DNA of 48,869 nt from Victivallaceae bacterium (GTDB lineage: Bacteria > Verrucomicrobiota > Lentisphaeria > Victivallales > Victivallaceae), in assembly GCA_031547585.1 (NCBI GenBank), contig JAVBRV010000452.1, positions 1 to 48,869 on the forward strand, written 5' to 3'. The notes under the pieces are model-generated. The model was not told where the DNA came from, ran no database searches, and saw only the letters and a program-made list of their open reading frames with translations. A program made the translations under genes and the position numbers. Positions 29,704-39,577 of the stretch are shown one piece after another (position 1 is the first letter of the stretch; the number at the start of each line of letters is the position of its first letter).

Positions 29704-31739
29704 AGACACGGTTATTCCTTTTGTTCGCCTGGGCGGGGATCGCCCTGTCGGCCGGAGAGGCGGCGCCGCTCGATATCACTGTCGACGCCGCCGCCGTCAC
29801 CGGGCAAACGCCCCCCATGTGGTTCGGCCACAACATGGAAGCCGCCGACCCCCGGGTGCGCCCGGAAAATAAGTTCCACCTGAAAACCCTGACCCACGGA
29901 CAAGGCTTCTGGAACCCTGAAACCGCGAAGCCGTTCCCGGCGGTGGCGGCGCAGCTGAAGCGTATGGGGATCTCCGCTCTGCGTTACCCCGGCGGCTGCT
30001 ACGCGCACAACTTCGACTGGCGTAAAGCGGTCGGCCCGAGGGAGAAGCGCGGCATCTGGAAGTTCGGCATTAACGAATACATCGCCCTCTGCCGTTCGCT
30101 CGGCGCGGAGCCCGTCATCACTCTCACCGACTATGCCCTCCCCGCCGAAGAGCTGCCGCGCCACCTGGCGGAGCTGGTCGAATACCTGAACGCCCCGGCG
30201 ACGCCGAAGCACCCCTGGGCGATGAAGCGGGCGGAATGGGGAAACCCCGAACCGTATGGCGTCAAGTATTTCGAACTCGGCAACGAATCCGACCACGGCA
30301 ACCATAACCACCAGCCGGGCAGGCGGTTCACGCCCGATGGGTACATCCGCTATTTCAACGAAAGCGCTGCTCTGGTGCGGGCCGTCGATGCGTCGGTTCA
30401 GCTTGGCCTCGTGCTGGTTCCGGGCCATGAATACGACCAGGCGTGGAATCACAAGGTCTTGAAGGCGTGCGGGAAGCAGGCGGATTTCATCGTCTGCCAT
30501 TTTTACGACCCCCGGCTGGACTCCGGCTCCGGCCCGGCCGCCAACCTCCAGGCGGCCATGAGCTATGGCGACCGCCTGCAACGGGTTATCACCGGATTCC
30601 GGGCGCTGATCGACAGCGAAACGGGCCGGGAGCTGCCGATCGCGGTGACGGAGTACAACCTCCACCACAACGAAAAGTGGCGGTTCAGCTTCCTGGGCGG
30701 CCTGGTGATCGCCGATACCCTGCGGGTGTTCGCCCGCCCGGAGAACCGCATCTTCCTCTGCAACTACTGGTACATTTTGAACGACTTCTGGGGGGCGATC
30801 CGCACCGATTACACCGACAAAGTGGAAAAGACGGCGGTGGTCGCCTTCTTCGAAGCGATGGCCCGGTACGCCGGGCGGGATACCGTGGCCTGCCGATACC
30901 AGGCCCCCCTTCTCGAATCCCCCGCCGTCGGCGGCTACGAGGCGGCGCGCGGAACGAAAATCGTCAAGGGCGGCGCTTACGGCGCACCGCTGACGCTCGG
31001 AGCCTTCCGGATGCGCGAGTTCGAGGGGATGCCGGGGATCGCGGCGACCGCAAAAGGCAAGGATGCCCTCGCCCTGCGCTTCGACGAACGCAAAGACCCT
31101 GCCTACATCAACTTCTCCGTCATCCAGCGGCCGGAAGGGGAGGAGACCGGGAAGCCGATGCTGCTCGAACTCTCCTTCGAAGCCCGCTTCACCCCTGCCC
31201 CCGGCTGCGATTCGGCGGCGACGATGGGGCTGGGGCTGGTCGACCGGCGCGGCTGGAACGCGACGAAATCAGGGATTCCGGTACGCGGCGCCGAAGGCTC
31301 GACCGACTGGAAGCCTCATTCGGGCGTGATGACCACGCGCGGCGACTGCCCGGGGCTCTTCCTCGTCGCGCGCCTCGAAATGGTCGACAAACCGGTTTCG
31401 GGCGTGCTTGAATTCCGCAACATCCAACTCCGCCCTTATCACGCCGGCAGTTGGCCCGCCTACCCCGGCGCGGAAGCGCTGGCCATGCACTCCGCCGACG
31501 GGAAGCGCCTCACGCTCCTCGTATTCAATAAAAGCAGCAAAGACTCCCTCCCGGCCCGGATCCGGCTGGAGCATTTCGAGGCGAAAACCGGCGCCTTCAG
31601 CGAGTTCCACCGGGACGACGCCGCCTCAACCCAGTATTTCGAACCCGCCACCGGCAACGTCACGGTGACGGACGGCCGTTTCGAGCGGCTGCTGCCGCCA
31701 CTCTCCTTCACCGCGTTCGAATTTTGCGAAAAACAGTAG
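29700..31739 (+). CDS. GH51-like (alpha-L-arabinofuranosidase-like) secreted glycoside hydrolase
   Basis: Signal peptide; LRYPGGC, YFELGNE, VTEYN; C-terminal LPPLSFT. Confidence 0.75.
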   Translation: MKTRLFLLFAWAGIALSAGEAAPLDITVDAAAVTGQTPPMWFGHNMEAADPRVRPENKFHLKTLTHGQGFWNPETAKPFPAVAAQLKRMGISALRYPGGCYAHNFDWRKAVGPREKRGIWKFGINEYIALCRSLGAEPVITLTDYALPAEELPRHLAELVEYLNAPATPKHPWAMKRAEWGNPEPYGVKYFELGNESDHGNHNHQPGRRFTPDGYIRYFNESAALVRAVDASVQLGLVLVPGHEYDQAWNHKVLKACGKQADFIVCHFYDPRLDSGSGPAANLQAAMSYGDRLQRVITGFRALIDSETGRELPIAVTEYNLHHNEKWRFSFLGGLVIADTLRVFARPENRIFLCNYWYILNDFWGAIRTDYTDKVEKTAVVAFFEAMARYAGRDTVACRYQAPLLESPAVGGYEAARGTKIVKGGAYGAPLTLGAFRMREFEGMPGIAATAKGKDALALRFDERKDPAYINFSVIQRPEGEETGKPMLLELSFEARFTPAPGCDSAATMGLGLVDRRGWNATKSGIPVRGAEGSTDWKPHSGVMTTRGDCPGLFLVARLEMVDKPVSGVLEFRNIQLRPYHAGSWPAYPGAEALAMHSADGKRLTLLVFNKSSKDSLPARIRLEHFEAKTGAFSEFHRDDAASTQYFEPATGNVTVTDGRFERLLPPLSFTAFEFCEKQ

Positions 31740-31747
31740 GAGTGCTC

Positions 31748-31786
31748 TTGACATTGCACCGGGTTTATGGTACAATTAAAGTACCA
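31748..31786 (+). promoter_or_regulatory. Internal sigma70 promoter with operator TGGTAC-N7-GTACCA
   Basis: TTGACA(31748)-17-TACAAT(31771); palindrome 31768-31786 resembles the operator at 28564-28582. Confidence 0.75.
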
Positions 31787-31797
31787 AAGGAATAAAA

Positions 31798-32514
31798 ATG
31801 CTCTTCCCGAAATCCATTCTACTCATAGCCGCCCTCTGCCTCTCTCTCGACCTCGCGGCGGGAGAGGTTCGCGAGATATCGGTCATCGGCAACAGCCTTC
31901 GCCGGCATCACCTGAAACCCTCCATCGGCTGGAATCACGAGTGGGGCATGGCCGCCGGCAGCGAGGACAAGGACTACACGCATCTTCTCTACCGGAAAAT
32001 CGGCGACAAATTCAAGGCTGCGGGCAAACCGGAGCCTACGCTGACCCTGCCGCCGCGCAGTGTGATTGCGGAAGCCGACTGGTCGAGCTGGGACGCCCCC
32101 GCGACGAAGAGCGCCGACGTGCTGATTATCCAGCTCGGCGACAATTTCCGCCCCAAAGAGGATTTCGACCCGCAGCGCGATTTCATCGCCCCCTACACGA
32201 AGATGCTCACCGATATGAAAGCGGTGAATCCGGACCGCATCCTGATCTGCGTCTCCAACTGGGACGACGACAAGAAGTTCAACTGGCTCCACACCGCGGC
32301 CAAAGCGGCCGGAGTCCCCTTCGTCGACATCAATAAGCTGTCGAAGGACCGGAAAAACCGGGCCGCCAGCGAAGGACGCTTCACCCACAACAGCGTCAAC
32401 TGGCATCCGGGCGATCGCGGCATGGCGGTCATCGCCGACGCCATCTGGGCGGTACTGGAACCGGAATTGGATCGAAAAATATTCACCACCACCGAGGGAG
32501 AACCCAAAAGATGA
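31798..32514 (+). CDS. Secreted SGNH/GDSL-type hydrolase
   Basis: [23 protein letters not shown]. Confidence 0.8.
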   Translation: MLFPKSILLIAALCLSLDLAAGEVREISVIGNSLRRHHLKPSIGWNHEWGMAAGSEDKDYTHLLYRKIGDKFKAAGKPEPTLTLPPRSVIAEADWSSWDAPATKSADVLIIQLGDNFRPKEDFDPQRDFIAPYTKMLTDMKAVNPDRILICVSNWDDDKKFNWLHTAAKAAGVPFVDINKLSKDRKNRAASEGRFTHNSVNWHPGDRGMAVIADAIWAVLEPELDRKIFTTTEGEPKR

Positions 32515-33185
32515 AACACAGAATCCCGGGCCGGAATTTTACTCTCATTGAACTCCTGGTCGTAATCGCCATCATCGCGATTCTGGCGGGCATTCTCCTC
32601 CCCGCGCTCAACCAGGCGCGGGAGAGCGCCAACGAGGCGAACTGCACCAACGCCATGCAACAGCTTTCGCAGGGGCTGCTGCTCTACGGGGATGAAAACA
32701 AGGGACGGGTTCAGCTGCAGACCTGGTGCACCCAGCCCGGCTTCATGAAGAGCTTCAGCGCGACCGACGTGTCCGTTTACCCGAAGAATCTGCTCTGCCC
32801 GAAATCCTCCGCCGTGACAAGCGGCACCTACAAAATGGACAGCTCCTACGGCATGAACGCCGACGGATTCCGCAGCAACGCCGCCTACGGATTCGACGGC
32901 AGCCGGGTCAGCAGCCTGGTGATCAACTTCTATATGCTCCAGCGGGTGCGCCAGCCGAGCCAGCGCTTTCTGCTGGCCGACGGCACCAGCTGGTGGCTCG
33001 CCAACAACCGGACGATCGACCAGTTCCGCAGCGGCGCGATTGACATGCAGTTCGCCCCCCGCCACCGCGGCGAACGGATAAACCTGAGCTGCTGGGATGG
33101 GCACGTCGAGCGGCGCACTTACCTCAAATTCCAATACGACCTCTCGCAGGAAAACAAGAAGCTCTGGAGCACCTACTCCCGGTAA
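32511..33185 (+). CDS. Prepilin-type/DUF1559-like protein #2
   Basis: [35 protein letters not shown]...WDGHV. Confidence 0.9.
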   Translation: MKHRIPGRNFTLIELLVVIAIIAILAGILLPALNQARESANEANCTNAMQQLSQGLLLYGDENKGRVQLQTWCTQPGFMKSFSATDVSVYPKNLLCPKSSAVTSGTYKMDSSYGMNADGFRSNAAYGFDGSRVSSLVINFYMLQRVRQPSQRFLLADGTSWWLANNRTIDQFRSGAIDMQFAPRHRGERINLSCWDGHVERRTYLKFQYDLSQENKKLWSTYSR

Positions 33186-33198
33186 GCATCGCCTGTGA

Positions 33199-35928
33199 TT
33201 ACTCCGCCTCCACTTTGAAGTTGCGGATTTCGAAGTCGCAACCGGGCTGCTTCCAGGCGAAGAAGGCATAAACAACGTTCTTCGCCCCGGCCGGAGCCCG
33301 GAGAACGAGGGAGAACTCGCGCCATTCGCCACTGAGTTCGGAGCCTACCAGTAAATCAGTTCGGGGGAAGTCTTTCCCACCCGCCATCAGCCGGAGCGCC
33401 GCCCGGCCGCGCGCCTCGAAGCGGACCCGATAGGCCGCTCCCGCCGTCACCGGATAGGGTACGCTCCGCACTCCGCAAGTCGGGGCGCCGCGCACCGTCA
33501 CCGAGTCGGGGGTGACCGTCAGGGTATAATCATCCTTCTTCCACCCCTTCTCGGTCAGGTCCTTCTGAGCCGGAAAGCTCTTCTCCCGCGGCCGGACGGT
33601 CAGGTCGCCGTAGCGGTATGGCGCTTTGAATCCGCCGATGCCGGAGCCCCACTCGATCCAGGCGGCGCGGCCCTTGCCGTCGTTGTTGTTGACCAGCAGC
33701 GAAAAACGGATCAGCGGCCGTTCCGTCACCTGGAACGGGTAGAGCTCAGAGGCGTCGAGGCTGACGCGGTAGACGGTCTTCCCACCCTGCCGGTCAATTT
33801 GGCAACGGCCGAATCTCACCGTTTCCCCCCCGGGGGTAAGACGATCCGGCAGGTCGCCCCCGAGATCGGGCTGGAAGAGCTTCCACAGCACCGGTTTGCC
33901 ATCTTCGTCGAGAGCGGCGGCAAACTCCAGGCGTTCGGCTTCGACACCCTTGCCGGCGGTATCCAACGCGAATTGGAGGCTGTCGAAATTCCAGACTTTC
34001 ATATCCGTCGCCTTCATCACGTGAACCGGATCCTCGACCTCGACCAGCAGCTCGAACGCTTCCGGGGTGACTCCGGCGGCGAACCGGGCCCGAATCGCGC
34101 CCGGCGGAATCGCCTCATTGTGGACGACGGTTTCGGTAACCGCGCGCCAGGAGAGAGAGCCGGGGTCCTTCACCTTCCACTGTTCGTCGAACAGCCGCCC
34201 CTGCCGGTAAACGCCGTGAAACTTATGCTCAAGTTCGAATTTCGCATCCTGAATCGCAAGGACCTCGCCCCGGTTGGTCCAACGGGCGACGGCGGCCTGA
34301 TCGGGGTCGCGAAAGAAGTAATACACTTCGGGCGCGAGCTTAAAATCCCCTTCGACGCCCCGCCCCTCCGCATCGATGACCCGGGTAGCGGGGCCGACAG
34401 CGGCTTTGAGCTCGGGGTCGGGGGGGAGCGGCTGATCCGCCGTGCTCCAGACCAGCAGCATCGGGCCGGATTCGCTCTCAAGCCGAAGCGCCCGCTGATG
34501 GTCGCCCTTGCCGAACCGGTAGCCGTCGCCGACCGTCAGCCGCCCTTTGACCTGTGTGGCGAAAATATGCCAGGCCAGCGCCGGATAGCGCGGCTGGATG
34601 TAGGGCGTATGGCGGAAGAGTCCGGAGACATGAGCCGTGTTCATCTGATGCTCCCGGTGAAAGGGAAGCACCTCTTTTTCGGTCTTGTAATGGTTGAGCA
34701 AGCAGAAGAAATCCACCTCGGTGACGCCGGCGCGGATCTGGTTGAGAAAATCGAGCACCATATCGCGCGCCAACTGCCGTTCGGAGGGATACGCGGGCGT
34801 TTTCGGTTTCAAAAGCATCGCGTGCCACTCGGAGCTCACGACGGGCTTGGGCGCGAGGCTATGCTTTTTCTCCAGCTCGTGAAACGGCTCCGGGCGCGGC
34901 CAGCCGCCGTGGAGCGGCAGGACGTCGAAATATTTGCCGCCGCCCGCCTTCAGGAACTCATCATAAAACGGCAGATAGCGCAGACCGATGCCGCCGAGCC
35001 AGACAATCGCCTCGGGATTCTCCTCTTTGACGGTCTCGTAGCCGGCCTTCAGCAGCTTGACGAAATTCTCGACTGAATCGGCCCAAAAGCAGGAGAAACC
35101 CGCGAGATGAGGTTCGTTCCAGAGTTCGTACCGTTTGACGCCGGGATACCGCCGCATGACCTCGCGGATGAAGTTGCGCCAGTCATCGAGATTTTTGGGA
35201 ACGACGGTGATGTATTCGCGGAGAAAGACGTTGATTCTGTCCGCTTCGGGACGGGTGCTGGCCCAACGGGGAGTGCCGTAGATATTGAAGACGATATCCT
35301 CGTCGCGCCAACCGCTTTCGCGGGCGAGTTTCATAAAGTCGTCGACCCGGCTCCAGTCGATTTTCCCCTTCTCTTTCTCCAGGTTGTCCCAGCGGAGCGC
35401 GTGGATGCGGATGCTGGAGAAGCCGATCAGCCGCGCCAGCGGAATCTCCTTCCGGTACATACTGAAGTGGGGCGACGCGCCGAAGTGAGGAGAGAGTTCC
35501 GCAGGCTCGGGCGTCTTCGCCGGAGCAATCGCAAAGGGATGACGACTGGTGTGGAAGGTCTTTTCGGCAACCCGCTTGTATTGGCGTTTATCGGCGGGAT
35601 CCGGCTTGTTGAGGACGACCTCCCAGCTCTCTTCGACCGGCTGCCCGTCGAGGAAGAACTCGACCTCGTAGAAGCCGGGAAGAGAGGCCTGCCATTGCCA
35701 GCCGGAGCAATTGAAGTCGGCAGCGGACAGGCGTTGCTCCGCCAATCGCACCCCGGCGGAGTCGAAAATCCGGATGGTCAGTTCTTTCCCCTCCGGCAGC
35801 GGTTCGGCCGAACGGAACACCGCCGGTTCGCCGAGGACGAACCAATTGGCGAAGTTCGCGCCCCGGATTTCAACGGCTCCGGCAAACAGCGGAAACAGTG
35901 CAAACAGAAGAAGCACAGATTTATACAT
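33199..35928 (-). CDS. Secreted clan GH-A glycoside hydrolase (GH39/GH5-like) with CBM9-like and C-terminal CBM-like domains
   Basis: Signal peptide; ELWNEP (acid/base), VSSEW (nucleophile); DSLQFALD...FSLLVNNNDG.GR (CBM9-like). Confidence 0.7.
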   Translation of the reverse strand: MYKSVLLLFALFPLFAGAVEIRGANFANWFVLGEPAVFRSAEPLPEGKELTIRIFDSAGVRLAEQRLSAADFNCSGWQWQASLPGFYEVEFFLDGQPVEESWEVVLNKPDPADKRQYKRVAEKTFHTSRHPFAIAPAKTPEPAELSPHFGASPHFSMYRKEIPLARLIGFSSIRIHALRWDNLEKEKGKIDWSRVDDFMKLARESGWRDEDIVFNIYGTPRWASTRPEADRINVFLREYITVVPKNLDDWRNFIREVMRRYPGVKRYELWNEPHLAGFSCFWADSVENFVKLLKAGYETVKEENPEAIVWLGGIGLRYLPFYDEFLKAGGGKYFDVLPLHGGWPRPEPFHELEKKHSLAPKPVVSSEWHAMLLKPKTPAYPSERQLARDMVLDFLNQIRAGVTEVDFFCLLNHYKTEKEVLPFHREHQMNTAHVSGLFRHTPYIQPRYPALAWHIFATQVKGRLTVGDGYRFGKGDHQRALRLESESGPMLLVWSTADQPLPPDPELKAAVGPATRVIDAEGRGVEGDFKLAPEVYYFFRDPDQAAVARWTNRGEVLAIQDAKFELEHKFHGVYRQGRLFDEQWKVKDPGSLSWRAVTETVVHNEAIPPGAIRARFAAGVTPEAFELLVEVEDPVHVMKATDMKVWNFDSLQFALDTAGKGVEAERLEFAAALDEDGKPVLWKLFQPDLGGDLPDRLTPGGETVRFGRCQIDRQGGKTVYRVSLDASELYPFQVTERPLIRFSLLVNNNDGKGRAAWIEWGSGIGGFKAPYRYGDLTVRPREKSFPAQKDLTEKGWKKDDYTLTVTPDSVTVRGAPTCGVRSVPYPVTAGAAYRVRFEARGRAALRLMAGGKDFPRTDLLVGSELSGEWREFSLVLRAPAGAKNVVYAFFAWKQPGCDFEIRNFKVEAE

Positions 35929-35936
35929 GGATAACC

Positions 35937-36716
35937 TTACAAGCCTTTCCAGAAAAGCAATCGGCGGTGTGAAGTGGCGTTGCCGTAGCCGCCGAGCGGC
36001 AGACTGCTGCCGTCCGCGCGCTTGACGCTGCCGTCGAGCCAGAGGAGATTGACATTGCCGCCGCCATTGTGCCGCAACTGTTCGATATCCCCGCTATACG
36101 CGCCGCTGATTTCGGCGGCGGTCCGTTCCCGGACGTTGAGCATGGTTGCAATATTCCCCCGCTGAGCGATGGGACTGGGAGCGCCGCCAGAGGTGCTTTT
36201 CCCCGCATCCGTCACGTGCAGGGTACGGGATGGATGTTTGAAAGCGGCAAGTTTCTTGCGTTGAATATCGGTTGCCACAGGCGTCGAGCTGGCGTTCGGA
36301 GCCTGAATGAAGGAGTTGAGCGCGTACGATCCGTTGCCGGAGCCGCTGCCGTAAAGGCTGTCGGGGAAAGTGTCGCCGGGGCAGGAGAATACAGTACCCC
36401 GCCAGGGGCGGGCGGCATTGACGGCGGTGGAGTCGGCGTTGTCGAGGACATAGCGGTGAACAAACCAGATCCACGTCCCCTGAAACGTATCGAGGCCATT
36501 GTTGAGCTTCGCCACCAGGATATTATCGTTGTACGAATTGGAATAAAACGCCAGATAGGTGCCCAGTTGTTTCAGATTGGAGACGCAACCGGCGCTGCGG
36601 GCACGGTCGCGCGCCTTGTTCAGCGCCGGCAGCAGGATCGACGCGAGAATCGCGATGATCGCTATAACCACAAGCAGTTCTATCAATGTAAACAGTATTC
36701 CCGATCTTCTTTTCAT
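35937..36716 (-). CDS. Prepilin-type/DUF1559-like protein #3
   Basis: [44 protein letters not shown]...WLDGSV. Confidence 0.9.
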   Translation of the reverse strand: MKRRSGILFTLIELLVVIAIIAILASILLPALNKARDRARSAGCVSNLKQLGTYLAFYSNSYNDNILVAKLNNGLDTFQGTWIWFVHRYVLDNADSTAVNAARPWRGTVFSCPGDTFPDSLYGSGSGNGSYALNSFIQAPNASSTPVATDIQRKKLAAFKHPSRTLHVTDAGKSTSGGAPSPIAQRGNIATMLNVRERTAAEISGAYSGDIEQLRHNGGGNVNLLWLDGSVKRADGSSLPLGGYGNATSHRRLLFWKGL

Positions 36717-36728
36717 CTCTTCAGCTCC

Positions 36729-37775
36729 TTATGGTTCGGGGTAATCGACAATCGGTATCGGCAAACATTCGCAAACCCGCCCGGTGACGGCTCCCTCCAA
36801 CCGGTCCAGCAGACGGCGGGCGGCGGTTTTTCCCAAGGTTTCCAGCGGCATATCCAGCATCATGCAGTGTGAAAAGTCCGACAAAAGCTCCAATCGGTGT
36901 TTCCCTGAAATGAGGCAGGGAGTGGAAACCGCTCCGCTGGCGCGGATGACCTTGAGAACGTCCGAAACCAGCTGGGAATCCGCATAAATCGCATCGATCG
37001 GCGTCCGGCATTCCAGCAGGAGTTTCAACTTATCCTGCCAACCGGGAAGCTCTTCCATCGTCAGATGCCCGCTGAACGGAACCTTTGCCGTGGCAAACGC
37101 CGCCGTCAATCCGGCATGAAACAGCCGGCCGGAGAAACTGCGCGGGGCCCGTATCAGGAGGACATTCCGGCGATTCCGTTCCAGCAGCCGCCTGCCGCAG
37201 TCGCGTCCGGCCTGCTCCATATCCTGCCAAACACAGGAGATGCCCGAATCATCCATTCCCCGGTTGATACAGATCACCGGAACTCCCATCTCCTCGAGCA
37301 CACGCGGATATTCCAGCTCGGGGGGACTGATCCAAACCACGCCGTCCACCTTCAGCCGGCCGAGTTCCACAAGCAGCTCTTCCCGGCTGCCGCCCAGGAG
37401 GAGGCCGGGGCGGATCGTCACATTGCTCCGCACCAATTCGGTTCCGGCCGCCGCATAGATTTCCCAGAAAAAGCGGTCCACGGCCACCTGCCTGCCGTCA
37501 CCGGTCAGAATCGCGACGTTCCGGTAAGGACGCCCGAATTCGTCCGTGTTATGCATCCGCCGGATGATGAACGTTCCCAGCCCGGGGCGAATTTCCAGCG
37601 CCCCCTCCCGGATCAACCCTTTGATCGCCAGCCGGACGGTCGGCCGTGTCACCTTGAACTGCCGGCATAATTCCCGTTCCGACGGAATCATCGCCTCCAC
37701 TTCGCGGTTGCTGTAGATCAGATTCATCAGGTAATTCCGAATCAGCTCCGGACGGCTCAACAAACTGATTTTCAT
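36729..37775 (-). CDS. GntR/LacI-hybrid regulator #3
   Basis: IPSERELCRQFKVTRPTVRLAI...GLGTF; periplasmic-binding-like C-terminus. Confidence 0.85.
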   Translation of the reverse strand: MKISLLSRPELIRNYLMNLIYSNREVEAMIPSERELCRQFKVTRPTVRLAIKGLIREGALEIRPGLGTFIIRRMHNTDEFGRPYRNVAILTGDGRQVAVDRFFWEIYAAAGTELVRSNVTIRPGLLLGGSREELLVELGRLKVDGVVWISPPELEYPRVLEEMGVPVICINRGMDDSGISCVWQDMEQAGRDCGRRLLERNRRNVLLIRAPRSFSGRLFHAGLTAAFATAKVPFSGHLTMEELPGWQDKLKLLLECRTPIDAIYADSQLVSDVLKVIRASGAVSTPCLISGKHRLELLSDFSHCMMLDMPLETLGKTAARRLLDRLEGAVTGRVCECLPIPIVDYPEP

Positions 37776-37780
37776 TTTTA

Positions 37781-37839
37781 TTTACCACCATTTTACCACC
37801 GCATACCAATATTATACCTCATAAAAAAAGGAATGTCAA
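37781..37839 (-). promoter_or_regulatory. Consensus promoter for regulator #3 with GGTGGTAAA-like direct repeats in the leader
   Basis: Minus strand TTGACA(37839-37834)-17-TATAAT(37816-37811); TTTACCACC twice within 37781-37800. Confidence 0.75.
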
Positions 37840-37893
37840 GAGTCCACTCGAAAATTGTGGGATTTTTTCTCACATAAACCACGCTTCCCCGGG

Positions 37894-37922
37894 TTGACTT
37901 TTTTTCTTCGCGTATTTATATT
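37894..37922 (+). promoter_or_regulatory. sigma70 promoter for the EIIA-CBS gene
   Basis: TTGACT-17-TATATT. Confidence 0.55.
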
Positions 37923-37962
37923 ACCCTTTGGATGTGCGTCAACCCAAGGAGGAAACCCGGTT

Positions 37963-38883
37963 ATGACGGAAGCGAAGAGCCATTTTCACGACTTCCTCTA
38001 CCCCGACAACATTCTCTGCCGGGTCAAGGCCGCGAACAGCGCCGAGCTTCTCGACCTTCTCCTGTCGCTGTTGGCGCGGCACTACCCCACGCTCAACCGC
38101 GACTTCGCGGCCCGCGAGGTGGCCGCCCGCGAAGCCATCTACCCCACCGTGATCGCCCCCGGACTCGCGGTTCCCCACGCCCGGCTGCCCCGGCTCACCG
38201 CGCCGCTGGTGGCGATGGCCTGTGCGCCGGAGGGGGTGGATTTCGGCTCCGAATTCGGTCCGGTGAAGGTGACGGTGCTCCTCCTGACGCCGGCGGACGA
38301 CCCGGGGCTCCACTTGCAGATCCTGTCGGCGCTGGCGGGCGATTTCGCCGCCCCGGACGCGGTCGAACGGGTCGGGAACCTGGGGACGCCGCGCGAGGTG
38401 GTCGAGACGTTTCGCGGCACTTCCACCTTGATCCCCAGCTACTTGCGCGCCGGGGACATGATGCGCGAACGGGTAACCACCCTCTACGAAAACGATACGC
38501 TCGAAGAGGCGATCCGCACCTTTGCGGTGACCGGCGCCGACGAAATCGTGGTGATCGACCGGGCGGGCGACCTGCGGGGCGTCATCGGGCTCTTCGACCT
38601 CATCTCCTACAGTCTGCCGGAGCATCTGCTCTGGATGGAGGACCTCACCCCGATCTACCAGTTCCAACCCTTCGCCGACATGCTGAAAGCCTCCCCCGAC
38701 ACCAAAGTCGCGGACGTGATGCGCGAGGAATTCATTTCGGTCGACCGCGAAGTCCCGGCGGTCCAACTGGCGAAACTCTTTTTGAAGCACAGAACCCCCA
38801 AGCTCATCATCACCGGCGAAGGCGGCAAACTGGCGGGAATCGTCGTACTGCGGGAGTTTTGCGCGAAACTTTTCTGGAAATAG
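37963..38883 (+). CDS. PTS EIIA (Ntr/Fru-type) domain fused to a CBS pair
   Basis: REAIYPTVIAPGLAVPHAR (phospho-His), HLQILSAL; CBS: RAGDMM, VADVM; AGGAGG RBS. Confidence 0.85.
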   Translation: MTEAKSHFHDFLYPDNILCRVKAANSAELLDLLLSLLARHYPTLNRDFAAREVAAREAIYPTVIAPGLAVPHARLPRLTAPLVAMACAPEGVDFGSEFGPVKVTVLLLTPADDPGLHLQILSALAGDFAAPDAVERVGNLGTPREVVETFRGTSTLIPSYLRAGDMMRERVTTLYENDTLEEAIRTFAVTGADEIVVIDRAGDLRGVIGLFDLISYSLPEHLLWMEDLTPIYQFQPFADMLKASPDTKVADVMREEFISVDREVPAVQLAKLFLKHRTPKLIITGEGGKLAGIVVLREFCAKLFWK

Positions 38884-39541
38884 GAACGCGAACAGCGTTT
38901 TCGCGGGGTGGCGAGAGGCTGGAGAACCGCGGCGCGCGGCTCGTTAGGGACAATAGAGACAATAGGGACGTTAGGGACCGCGAAGAAGAAAAGTAACCGC
39001 GTTTTTTGACCGACCCAAATGCGGTACATCACGTTGCCGCCCACAGCCTATTGCGAAGCAAGCGCGGGCTCGCGCCGCGAAGTGAATGTCAGGGAACTCG
39101 TTTGCGGCAGCAAACGGGCAAGGAGCAAATGCGACGCAGCCGGCCGAACGTCGGCCTCGGAGTACGGCGCTGTCAGCGCCGCGCCGCTCGTTGGCGGCGT
39201 TCTCTCCACCACGTTTTTGGCCAACTGAAATGCGGCACATCACGTTGCCGCCCAAGGCTATTGCGAAGCAAGCGCGGTAGGCGCCGCGGAGTGAATGTGA
39301 GGGCACCCGTTTGCGGCAGCAAACGGGCAAGGAGCAAATGCGACGCAGCCGAACGTAACGCAGCGAAGGCCCCGCCGTCTGAGGGTCGCTGCAAAGCAGC
39401 GAAAGTAAGGTCGCGCTAGCGACCGCTACGATCCGAGGTGCGGGGTCGCCCTGTCACATCACGTCTCAGCCCAAGGGCGGGGGTGGTTCAGGAGGGGAGT
39501 GAGGCCCCTCCTGACTCCCACAACGTCAAAATCACATATAT
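38882..39541 (+). repeat. Modular hairpin-rich non-coding element, copy A
   Basis: Homologous to the reverse complement of 41409-42042; contains an internal ~135-bp duplication (~39001-39142 vs ~39213-39351) and 9-mer repeats (TTAGGGACA-like x4). Confidence 0.8.
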
Positions 39542-39577
39542 TACCCAAAAATACCATAACCTAAAAGGAACGCGAAA

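Noticed and set aside
24704-32584. 29-nt identity between pilin #1 (24704-24732) and pilin #2 (32556-32584) as a shuffling or DGR signal
   Set aside because: It lies within the invariant [10 protein letters not shown] coding stretch. No recombinase, RT or adenine-variant template repeat was seen.
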